Assembly (NCBI GenBank): GCA_047967505.1
Contig: CM106538.1
Direction: 5' to 3' (one strand)
Length of the DNA: 64,000 bases
Source: Dipteris shenzhenensis
Lineage: Eukaryota
Below, one piece after another: positions 13,601 through 25,600 of the stretch. Each line of letters starts with the position of its first letter. Positions within the stretch are counted from its first letter, which is position 1. The position numbers and the translations under genes were made by a program. Under the pieces are notes generated by a model that did not search any database, was not told where the DNA came from, and was given only the letters and a program-made list of their open reading frames with translations.

Positions 13601-16600
13601 AGATTCTATCAGTTGAGGTCTCTGCAGCAACACCCGGCACCCGCCTGTGGCCAAAGGCCTCACTATTTCCAGCTTTGAAGCAACTGAGTGCTCACACCAC
13701 AACTAGCCAACCCGTGCGCGCATTGCAGCACCCTTACTCACACACAACCTCCGTCCAAGGACCTCCAGCCAGCAGAAATGACGCCACAGCCATATAGCTC
13801 CTTCCAAAGCAAACTGCCTGCATAGTCATCCTCCTCAAATCCAGCAGCTCCCAATAAGAGCAATAGCCAGTGCTCTCCACGCTAGTCTGCTACAGCTCGT
13901 CGCTCATCTCCACCTTCACGAATTCTCTCACGCTCATAGAGCTCATGGAGCTCACGCCTCTTCAAGGTCCTTCAGCCTGTATAGTAGCGACGCCTTCCCC
14001 ATGAAACCAAGAAGCGCATGGTGCATACTCTCTATCGCTCACAGGCCTCTGCGTCGCTTTGAACCTCCAGCCAATAGAAGCACCTCAAGCAACTACCATA
14101 GAGTTTGCTACAAGACTCCAGCCAGAGCCAATTGTGCCATAAAGTTTGTCAACATGAAGTACCTGGAGCCCATCTACTCCAAGCTCCTCCAGTTGAAATC
14201 CCAGACCTGTCACATACACAGTCACCACCACAACTTCCCTAGCTCACAAAGCTCTCTTTGTCAACACACATGATGTCTTCATGCACAGGTTTCAGCTTCC
14301 TGCTCTTGCACGACCTCCCATCAACAACTGCGAGCCTCTCCAACCTCTCTGATCGTTCCACCTTTATTTCTCAGAGCCCCTACCTACGTAGATTCTTCCA
14401 GCGTAAAACCGAATCTGCTCCCAGCCGCCATCTCCACGTAGCTCCAGCTCACAGCCTAGAAGCTCCCCTTCATCCATCATGTAGCCACCTTGCATGTGCA
14501 GGATGCCTTCCCAATCAGTCCAGCCACCTCAGCCTAATTTGCCACCTCATCATTGATAGTTTACCACTCTCAAGACATTTTTCCCAAATCACATTAAATG
14601 CACATTTTGGACCTTTAGTCACACAATTCCCACACACATTAGCATGCACATTAAAGCTTGTATTCAACCCCGTACACACACATGAAAAGCCCTTTGACAT
14701 GGACACCATAACATATCAAATTCCTGTAACATGCAAGTGCACATTGACTCAGGAAAATATAAAAAAACCCTTCATGACTTGACTTTACATGACCCCAAAA
14801 ACATTTCGCTTGATCACACACTAGACACCCTTGCTCTAGAAGTCTGGTACAACCACATTGTATTTCATCATTTCCCATGAAGTCCCTGCAAAACATACTT
14901 TATTATCTCAAAAAACTATACATTAGTCCATCATGCTTGTGAAAGAAAAATCCACAAATGCCAAAAGCCCATACCTACCCTAGATGTGTACAACTATGTG
15001 CCTACCCACAGCTATTTACAGTGCTCAAAAACTTGATACAAATTTTGTCCTATCACTTTGCCCATTCCCAAGTCTGCAGACATTCATGTCTTGCAGATAG
15101 GGGTATATAAGATTTGCATTTCTTCAGAGATATCCTCATCCATGAGGTCTTTCGGCTTGTCTGGTTTCATCACAGTAGGTCCACAGCCGCCCACACTCAT
15201 GATCCTATGAAAGTATTTCTTTAGTCTGAAGCCATTGACTCTATTCTTATGGTGCTGAACATCCAAATCCTCAGGTTGATATGATCCATTTTTGAATTTC
15301 TTCATCACACGAAAAGGTCCATCCCATTTGGTCACAAATTTCTTCTTGAAGGTAGAATCCAGACTACTGTTGTATCTCAAAACTAGATCACCCTCTCCGA
15401 TTTTCTTATCCCTGAACTTCCTGTTTGCTCTCTTTTGATTCTCCTCTTGAATTAAAGCATAATGTTCCACCGCCTTTTGTCTGTCTAGTTGTGCTTCCTG
15501 CAAATCCAATAACCGGTTTTGGAAAGTAGAATTTGAATCCTCGTTTATCTTCATTAACATCTGTAATGCAGGAATTTCTACTTCCAAGGGTAATACAGCT
15601 TGGTGAAAACTGGGTGCCTTCTTTTACTGCAACTCTGTAAGCCCATAAAGCCCAGTGCAAAGCAAGATCCCACTCCTTCTCATGTGTTCTCATGATCTTT
15701 CCCATGATATTAGTACACACACCATTAAATTTTTCATTCATCCCATTACATTGGGGATAATAGGGACTTACATATCTGTGTTTAATCTTCAGCTTTCCAC
15801 ATAATAAATCCATCAGTTTACTCCTGAAACCTGGACCTCTATCAAAAAGCAACTCCAGTGGTACACCAAATCTATAGCAAATATCCTCATACACAAATTT
15901 ACATACAGATTTCGCATTGACAGCCCGTCCTGCTCGTGCTTCAGCCCATCTCGTCAAATAATCCACAACTGTCAGCATATAACAATTTCCCCTAGCTGTC
16001 ATGGGTAGAGGACCGATGGCATCTGTTCCCCATTTCTCGAAAATATTATAAGCAAGCATGATATTTCTGAGTTCTGGATGTAAGATCCTCTTACTCATTT
16101 GCTGACACTGTAGGCATGACCTGCACCAATGTCTTATGTCTCTCTGGAGGGATGGCCACACATATCCTTCTGTAAGTATTTTCCTCAGCATGATTTTGAA
16201 AGCAAAATGTCCTCCACATACTCCCTCATGATTAGCTTGTAGGATATGAAAAACTTCCTCATGCCAGGGAATTCTTCTGAGCACCAGATCAGCCCCTTTC
16301 ATGTAAAGAACATCATCTATTAGACAATAAGAAGTACAGCTTTTAATAAATCTGTATTTTCTTTGTTTCAGAACTTCTTCAGGCACTTTACCAGTTAACA
16401 GGAAGCTTCCTCACAAGCTAATGTCTCCCTTCCTTTGTATAAGGGTTCCTGCACTCCTATTGCATCAACACAGGCTGCTGTAATTTCCTGCGCAGCATCA
16501 TGTGCATTTACATTCTCACCTCTTTCAATATGCTGGAGTGTCGAGGCATCCAATTGATTTAACAGTTTCTTCACCGCCCCTATCCATCTCTTCAAATGAA

Positions 16601-19600
16601 CATGCTTAACCTTCCAGACACCTAAAATTTGCTTCACAACCAACAGAGCATCTCCCTGAATCATGAGTCTCTTAATACCCACACTAATGCATACTTTTAA
16701 ACCTTCGAAGAGGGCTGCATATTCAGCTTCATTATTACTGCTGGCTTCAAGCTGAATTCCCATTTTTCGAATCTCATTTCCTCCAAGATCATAAATGACA
16801 ATTCCTCTTGTACTTTTATTTAAACTTTTTTTGTAAGCCATCAAAGTGTAAAACAAATGCATCCTCTAGTACTTTTTCTTCATTCATGTCAGTGTTCTTC
16901 TCCACATCTTCAACTAAAATAGGTCCTTCCTTATAGGTGAGGAGATCAGCCAAGGAAGCTCTGGTAGAGTTCTCAACCAAGAAGGTAAAAGAGTACTCCT
17001 GTAACTCTACTATCCATTTAATCATGCTCCTGGAGATGTTTGTACTGTTCAACATATGAGGCAGTAGTGAATATGAGGTGAGAACCACAAAAGGCCTGGA
17101 CAATAGATAAGACCGAAATCTCCTACAGGCATACAAGAGGCTAGCCAGGATCAATTCAGCCGCTGAATACTTCCTCTCTACTTCACTCTTCACCCTACTG
17201 GCATAGTAGATTGGCCTCATATATCTGGAACCCTCTCGCTATTGCAAAAGAATAGCACCAATAGCATCTGGTCCCACAGACGGATTCACATAAAAAGTCA
17301 TGGAATAATCTGGTGGCTTTACACTTGAAATATGAGTCAAGGATTGCTTAACTGCCTCAAACACCTCTTCACTCTCTGTCGTCCATTTCAGAGGCTCAGA
17401 TTTTACCACTTGCTGAAGAGGATACAAAATCTGAGATAACATATGAATAAATCTCGATAGATACTTCACCTTCTGGAGAAAGGTATGCAACTGCTTGGTA
17501 TTCTCAGGAGAGGACAGTAGAACTAAAGCTTTTACTTTACATGGATCCGGCTCAATCCCATTCTCAGATACAATATGCCCCAATATTTTAATGCTGGTCC
17601 GAACTAACTGAGTCTTCTTAGGATTTAATTGACTACCATTATTATCAATCTCATAGAATACCTAATCCAGCTTTCCACAGTGCTCCCTTCTTCCACTGTA
17701 GACACAGATGTCATCAATAAACACTTTACAAAATTTATCCAGGAAGGGTGATAAAATCAGATCTGAATTCTCTTGATAGTGCAAGGGGCCGTTGGTAACT
17801 CCAAAAGGCATTTTCTTGTAACAAAAACAGCCCCAGGGGGTAATGAAGGTAGTCTTGATTTGATCTTCCTTAGCTATGGCTATCTGGAAGTACCGTGAAT
17901 ATCCGTCACACAAGCTATACATTTCATGACCCGCCACTTTATCAAGAATATCATCCAGAAAAGGCAGAGGATAGTGGTTTCTCTTTGTCACTGCATTCAG
18001 AGGTTTGTAATCAACACAGACTCTCCATTTGTCTACTCCTTTTGGCACTATGACCACAGGACTTATCCAATCAGAGTGAACTACACGATAAATTATTCCT
18101 GCCTTGAGAAGCTTATCTACCTCTTTCTTCAGCACATCTCTCTGTTCCAGGCTTAATCTCCTTATTTTCTGAAAAACAGGTTTGGCACCTTCCTTCAGCT
18201 TAATCCTCAGAGGCTTCCCTTTAAATCCCCTGATCTCCTCATAAGAGGTGATAAACAAATTGGGGTATTTCTGCAACATCTTCAAATATTCTTCTTTCTC
18301 CTCAACATTGAGATCAGGATTCAATGATTGCTCAATCAGCACCTGGGTTGATTCTTGAGAACATTTGGGCTGCATTCAATCCTCGATAACCTCAAACCTA
18401 TCCATCTCTTCCTCACTGAACCCTGCTGCTCCCACAAAATCCACCTGTGGATCCTCATCTATCAAATCCACCAATGCTATTGTTCCTTCATCACTGTCGC
18501 TCACAGGCCTCTGCGTCGCTCTGAACCTCCAGCCAGCAGAAGCACCTTAAGCAACTACCATAGAGTTTGCTACAAGACTCCAGCCAGAGCCAATTGTGCC
18601 ATAAAGTTCGTCAACATGAAGTACCTGGAGCCCATCTACTCCAAGCTCCTCCAGTCGAAATCCCAGACCTGTCACATACACAGTCACCACCACAACTTTT
18701 CTAGTGCACAAAGCTCTCTTTGTCAACACACACAATGTCTTCATGCACAGGTTTCAGCTTCCTGCTCACGCACAACCTCCCATCAACAACTGCGAGCCTC
18801 TCCAACCTCTCTGATCATTCCACCTTTATTTCTCAGAGCCCCTACCTACGTAGATTCATCCAGCGTAAAACCGAATCTGCTTCCAGCCGCCATCTCCACG
18901 TAGCTCCAGCTCACAGCCTAGAAGCTCCCCTTCATCCATCACGTAGCCACCTTACATGTGCAGGATGCCTTCCCAATCAGTCCAGGTACCTCAGCCTAAT
19001 TTGCCATCTCATCAGTGACAGTTTACCACTCTCAAGACATTTCCCCCAAATCACATTAAATGGATATTTTGGACCTTTAGTCACACAATTACCACACACA
19101 TTAGCATGCACATTAAAGCTTGTATGCAACCCCGTACACACACATGAAAAGCCCTTTGACATGGACACCATAACATATCAAATTCCTGTAACATGCAAGT
19201 GCACATTGACTCAGGAAAATATAAAAAAACCTTCATGACTTGACTTTACATGGCCCCAAAAACATTTCGCTTGATCACACACTAGACACCCTTGCTCTGG
19301 AAGTCTGGTACAACCACATTGTATTTCATCATTTCCCATGAAGTCCCTGGAAAACATACTTTATTATCTCAAAAAACTATACATCAGTCCATCATGCTTG
19401 TGAAAGAAAAATCCACAAATGCGAAAAGCCCACACCTACCCTAGATGTGTACAACTATATGCCTACCCACAGCTATTTACCGTGCTCAAAAACTTGATAC
19501 AAATTTTGTCCTATCATCGTGTGTTAGGATTGATTCATAGGAACTCTTTCTCATCCATGGGCAGATGCCTCAGATTTCCTGGAGGAGGACTTTGTGTCTT

Positions 19601-22600
19601 CTACTTTTGGTGAGGCAATGATTGGGATTCCTGTTGACAGGGTATCTTCTTCTTTAGGTGGATGAGTACTTGCCCCAGTGGATTTTCCGCCACCTGGCTT
19701 GCTTGTCGAGCAGGAGATCTTCCACCATTGAAGGGTTTGTTTCTGCCACTAGGTCGGTAAGATGTTCCATGCTACATCTTCCCATTGATGAGGATTGTCA
19801 ATTGGAACATACAAGGCCTTGGTGGCGTCCCTCATCACCACCGGAGACACCTGATCCGGAATCAACTTCATCCTGGTGTTATTGGGGGCTCCATTAATAA
19901 CTTATTCATTGAGGAGCACAAAGTGGATGCTAGAGATTGTGCAAAGTAGGCAAGTTACTTTTAGGTCATACTTTTTGGTCAATTGCTTTGGTATGTCTCT
20001 ATTCTTATTCAACATTTCCTCACACGCCCACCAGAGATGATGCCAGATATAGGATATTCCAACATTGGTGAAGCTAGACGTGAGAGTCTCACTTGATGTA
20101 CCTTTCACCAATTAGTAATTTAGGACTACACTTCTTGCCCTCCACAAGGGCAAGTGCCTGGGCTCAGATGAGTCAACACCAGGCTTTTTCATTGTTTTTT
20201 GGGACATGATCGGGGACTCTGTTGCCTCAGCCCTGCAGGGCGTTTGGGACTCTCATAATATGCTTGATTCACTTACAGAGGGTCTCATTCATCTTATTCA
20301 AAGGGGGGGTTGCATAAATTTGGTTTCTTAATGGAGCCCTTTTATAAGATTTGGCCAAAGCTATCAATTTGAATTTGCAGCCCATTCTTCTAGATTCACT
20401 CATGCTACACAGATGAGCCTTGTGCATGGCCAAAGCATTTTTTATAATTATTTTTTATTTTGGGAGGCTTTGGATTGGGCTATGTAGACAAGAGACTAGC
20501 CATACTACTCTTGGGTTTTAAGAAAGCTTATGACAGAGAGATTGAGGTTTTTTTAACGGTACCCTTATACATTTTGGATTTTCAAATGCTTAGATCAAAG
20601 GGGTCTCTTCTTTATACACATTAACCTAGAGCTAGGTGCTTATCGGAGGGACATGGAAGATATAGAGGCAGTCAATAGAGCGAGCGAGAAAAAGCGAGCA
20701 AGCCCAAAAAAGCGAGTGACAATTAGTTGAAGTGATTGGAAAATCAAGCAAGCAAAGAAAGAATCTAAGTTTTTTATAAAATAATTGCTTGAAGTATAAA
20801 GTATTCAAAAGAGTGGTTATGTGTTACATTTCTTGAAATTGAGTAGTCTAAAGTTAAGGACTATTGTAACATGACTCCATTTGGGTTTGGCAATTATCCT
20901 GGGGGGTCACTCATAAACATGTAACATACCACTTTTGTGCATTGAGGGGTATTTTTTAGTGGGGGGACTTACATGTTGTTTGTGTGCATGAGGGGATTTA
21001 TAAAATAGCAACTTTGTAGATATTTTAAAATGTAAACACATACATGGGTTCAACCATTATGTAAATTGCAAGAATAGGGGTAATTTTTAATACATGCTTG
21101 CTTGCACATGCTTTATGGGTTTATGAAGAGTGATCCCGAGAGTGTAATTAAAAGGTAGAGGATGTTAAATTTTGGTTTTTTTTTCCCAAAATAGACAGTG
21201 TCTTCTCGCTTCCCATTATGGGAAATCTTGCTTTAAACTTGGTGCAAAAAATTGGACAGAATCTCACAAAATTCATATTCTGATGCACACAATTTTTTTA
21301 GATGGTGCAAAAAGGCATGATATTGATCTAAATCATGCCTTGTCATTTGATTTAATATGTAACATTATGCCATTTTATATTTGACAATAAAAAGATGTAG
21401 GGATGTTAAAAACTCATCTTTTGGGCCAAAAAAATCATATGTTGACATCTTGCAAAAATACAAGAATGTGAAAATGCCCTCTTTTAGGCCAAAACAGGGA
21501 GCGCGTTAATGCCCTCTTTTAGGCCAAAACAGGGAGCGCGTTAGCAAAAATACAAGAATGTGAAAATGCCCTCTTTTAGGCCAAAACAGGGAGCGTGTTA
21601 ATGCCCTCTTTTAGGCCAAAACAGGGAGCGCGTTAATGCGCTCTCTGTTTTGGCCCAAAAGAGGGCATTTTCACATCCTTGTATCTTTTGATTTACAAGT
21701 CCAAACAGGGTCATGTTACATATCAAATCAAATGGCAAGGCGTCCTTTAGATGATTATCATGTCTTTGTGCACCACCTAGTAAAATTTAATGCACCAAAA
21801 TATGAATTTGTGGTTAATTTGTTGCATTGGTTAGATTAGTGGGAGCTAAGAATAAATCATTAGGGAAGGATATTTTTCCAGTAACAAAGAAACATGGGTT
21901 TCATTCCAAGAGTGAACAGAGTTTAAAAAGCTAAGCATTTACATATGCATGGAATCTAGACTAATCCATGTAAGGAGTCCTTGGAAACACCCCACCTATG
22001 TGGAAGGTTGCATTGATGATCTCAATTACTCTAGTGGAAAGAGAGAACTTGATTGCAGTTACAGTAGGTTTTGTCTTCAATACAAACAATGAATTGGAAA
22101 TTGAACATACAAACTATCTCATGGATGATGTGAAATTAGTGTTAGTGGCTCAGAAAGTTATATGCATATTTAACCTTCTAGCATTGAGGAAACATATGGA
22201 CTTTTGAATAAGTTATTATTTTTTGCTACTGAAATGGGGGATTTATAAATCTTTTATTATTTTTTATTGCTCGCTTTTTTTGGCTCGCTCGCTTTTTGTC
22301 GCTCGCCTTTTGGTAATCCTCGAGGATATATTTTGGATTTTAAGATCAGTTCTACGGGAATGCTCTTTTTCCCCTTTCTTGTATTTTTTTGTGGCTGAAG
22401 CAATGAGCAGTTTTTTGAGATCTTGAGCTGACATTTTTGGCCCAATAGGATGAGGAGATTTTGGATAGTAAGCTTCATGATGACACTGTTGTTCTTTTGG
22501 ATGCTACTCCGCAAGCTCAGGCATCTGTTAGGGCAGCCTTGGAATTAGTTTGTTTCGCATCTGAGACACATACCCATCCAATGGCTTTTGGATTGGTTAC

Positions 22601-25600
22601 GAGGACACTCCCAGATTGAAGGACTGATTTTGGTTTTACTTGGATTCAGAGGAGTGTCTTTGCCAAGTACTTCAGCTCTGAGGTTGCCCTAGTTATCTCT
22701 CCTTCACAGTAATTCGCTCGTGGTGGAGAGTGATAGGGGAACACTCCTCTTTTGGAGTTCAACCAAACTTGACCTCGCTTCTTCCAGGGTGGTTGTTGTC
22801 ACCTAGGTAATGCTAGCATGGTTTATTTGCTTGTGGGTGACACTCTAGGGATTGCATCACTCATCTCAAAAGCCATTTAAGGGACTTTCTATGGAGTGGA
22901 TCTGGTAGACACCAAAGCCAGGGTGGCTTGTGAGAAATTGATCCTCCCCACGTGGAAAGGGGGCCTCAACGTCATTGACCTGGACTTGCAATGCAAGGCC
23001 TTGAAGGTGATGGTTAGGGGGATTTTGTTAGAACAAGAACCTTTTTTCATTTGATGCATACAGTTCCATTCTCCTTCCATGGGTTGGGGATTGGACAGAA
23101 AGCACTAGGAGGGTTTTTACTTCAGTTCCATTTGAGGGTTTCTTCCTCCCCTCTTGTGGCTACCTAGAAGAGATTGATAAGCAGCCTGTCATGTGGATTG
23201 TTGACATATACTCGATGATCATGCCGGACCACTTGGTACTTCCCATTATATGGAGCGGTCTAGATGGGAGAACTTCCACTTCCTTTGTGGGCTCTTGGAA
23301 GGAGTTCCTAAAACCTTCTAGATGGTCGTAAATTCCAATCAGTAAGTCACCTCAAAGGAAGTACAAGAAGAATTCAGCATATTGATGTAGCCCTTGGATT
23401 GGGTCGATACATGTGAGAGGCCTCACTATTTCTCTACTTGGCTCAGGGTATTTGAGGTTCATACGGGGATGCCTTAGTTTTTTATGTTCACTCTGGGGCA
23501 AGTTGTCCAATTCTACAGATGAGGATATCCTTGTGGACGTTGTTTTTGAGCTTGCTAGGTCTTTAGGCCATGTGGAGTAGTGTTTCTTGGCTTTAGGATG
23601 GTATCTCTACCCTAACTGGATCACATTCCCTTAGGTTCGTGGAGGATTTGGCTGTATGGAGGTGTCTCCATAAAGTATTAACAGTGGGATCTCGGGGAGT
23701 GGGAGTCCATTGATGCTTGGCACTGAGAGAAGAGCCTCTCCTTCTTTCACTACACGGTCAATGATGCCAGGACATTTTAGCTTAGCCTTAGATGTTGGAA
23801 GTCCACCAAAGCTCCTCATTGGGAGAATTTTTACATTTCTGCTGACCTCCAAAAATCCTTTGGGAAGAGACTCGGGAAATCCCTCAACAATAGGAAAATC
23901 ATTCTTTTCTTTTTGGCTTTCTATTCATGGAGGGATTGTAGCAAGTGAACTAGAGGAGGTTCTTGTTCAGAGCAGTCTTTACTTACCTCGTTGCCTTTGT
24001 GTTGAGGAGTCTATTCATCATTGTCTATGGGGTTGCAGATCATCTAGAAGGGGATTGCTAGTCATTGGAGCACATTTGTTCCTTCTCCCTTGTTCATGAC
24101 CTAGGGTTAGGTGGCTTAGCTCTCTCTTTCGAGGTCTCAGGTCTTCTATGAGAGGCATGATTCTTCTTGGTCATTCCATTGTAATAGCCTTTAATTCCCT
24201 TTCAATGGAATAATTGAAGTACTAAGAGAAAAGTTCGTCAGAGTACCTAGGGTACCTGAAGTACATTGTTGCACATGTTCATCCACAAGGTGGATATAGC
24301 AACCTATTATAGCTACAAAGCAAGAACATCAGCTTACTGCCCTCTTGAGATTTTGCCACGTTCCCTCACTCCTAAGACTTTACCAAAGATGATAAATTTT
24401 TTCCTTGCAAAGACTCTTAGTAAAGACATTTGCCCTGTTGCATATTTATACTACAATACCTTGTTCCATGGAATCCATCAAATGGATGTAAGGCTGCATT
24501 TTATAGTGAGGATCTCCAAGAAGAAGTATACATTTAGTAACCCTAAGGGTTTGAAGTTCATACAAAGGCCCATTCTGGATTATGGAATCATATTAATTTT
24601 GCATGGCTTGCTGCCACTCAGCATTTCCCTTTGCATTACTTGTAGGACAAAGGTTCTATCATATACACTGTTCATTCAGCCTGGAGCTGAGCTGCCTAGT
24701 AGCTTGCCTTGTTCTACCTAATTGGGTCTGTTACATCTTGGCACCCTCTTTCCTTTCTGCTGTCCCATAGATGGAGTAATTAGAGTCATCTTCTGGAGCA
24801 TCTCAGGGAACCAAATGGAATCTCAGCCTATGCATCTGCATATGGCTGAATATTTGGCCATCATCAAGCTCTATGTCAAGTGGAGTGCATGCTCATGCAA
24901 TCGGCGGGATGCATGCTCTAACAAGGCATCTTGGCTGATCATATGTTTTTCAGCTGTGGGATTTTTAAGCCAGCCCTTGCTTTATTTTTCCCTAAAGAAA
25001 AGACTTCTATCAAGTATGAAAGGAGCCCCAAGAGCGAAGCTCATGGGAGAATACATCATGCAAGGCATGGGAAAAACCAAACACCCTCATTGGGCAAAAA
25101 GCGTGCTTATCAAAGAGAGATTGAAAGCACAAGGTTGAGGCTGAAAGTGCCACTTCAACCCTTGGTGGACTTTGAGAAAATGGGGAGCCACTCTACTCCC
25201 TGAGGAAAACTGTCCTCCTGGCAGAAGCCACCTCGGAAGACCCTTGCATGCTCACCCAAGTGGCCATCAAAGTTTATACAACATCTGTCCAAATACTAGC
25301 CATGTGTGTGAAGGGTGGATTTGAGAGCCATCCAAAACCTCTGTGCATTTGGATCTCGAGATATGCCACGCTGAAATGCTCGCCAGAATTTCTAAAATAG
25401 TATCCACTGTGGCATGTGCAGGTGTACAAGAAAGTCTGAGAACATCATCTAGAGAGCATGACTTAACTAAATGTCGTCAAACCAAAAGATCCCAATCTAA
25501 TGGGACGGCTTTCACATTTCTGCAGATGTGCAGAAAAGATTCTGGAGGAGACTCTGGAAATCCCTTGGAAATAGAAAAATCACTTTATCCTTTTGGCTTT

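Larger units (their letters stand above)
11390..24180 (+). mobile_element. Degenerate L1-like LINE interrupted by two nested insertions
   Basis: CT-rich 5' region 11390-11900; ORF1 with DUF4283-like [10 protein letters not shown]...FFQVVFDS and a [14 protein letters not shown] knuckle (~12615-12656). ORF1 tail resumes at 19517; endonuclease start [13 protein letters not shown] at ~19788; RT fragments 20100-20660 and 22330-24180. Homologous to the - strand copies at 51253-62080. Confidence 0.85.

Noticed and set aside
14001-14896. Duplicated ~170-aa ORFs (also 18355-19238)
   Set aside because: They lie inside the LTR repeat copies, have no recognisable motifs and use non-ATG starts.
18485-18500. 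Spliced-transcript origin for the LTR-pol junction (a GTATGC donor-like site lies at the equivalent point of the other LTR)
   Set aside because: Such splicing would remove the PBS needed for reverse transcription; a DNA-level microhomology deletion is simpler.
24266-25203. Adjacent 151-aa and 138-aa ORFs as a gene
   Set aside because: Non-ATG starts, a mosaic of TE fragments and no coherent domain.
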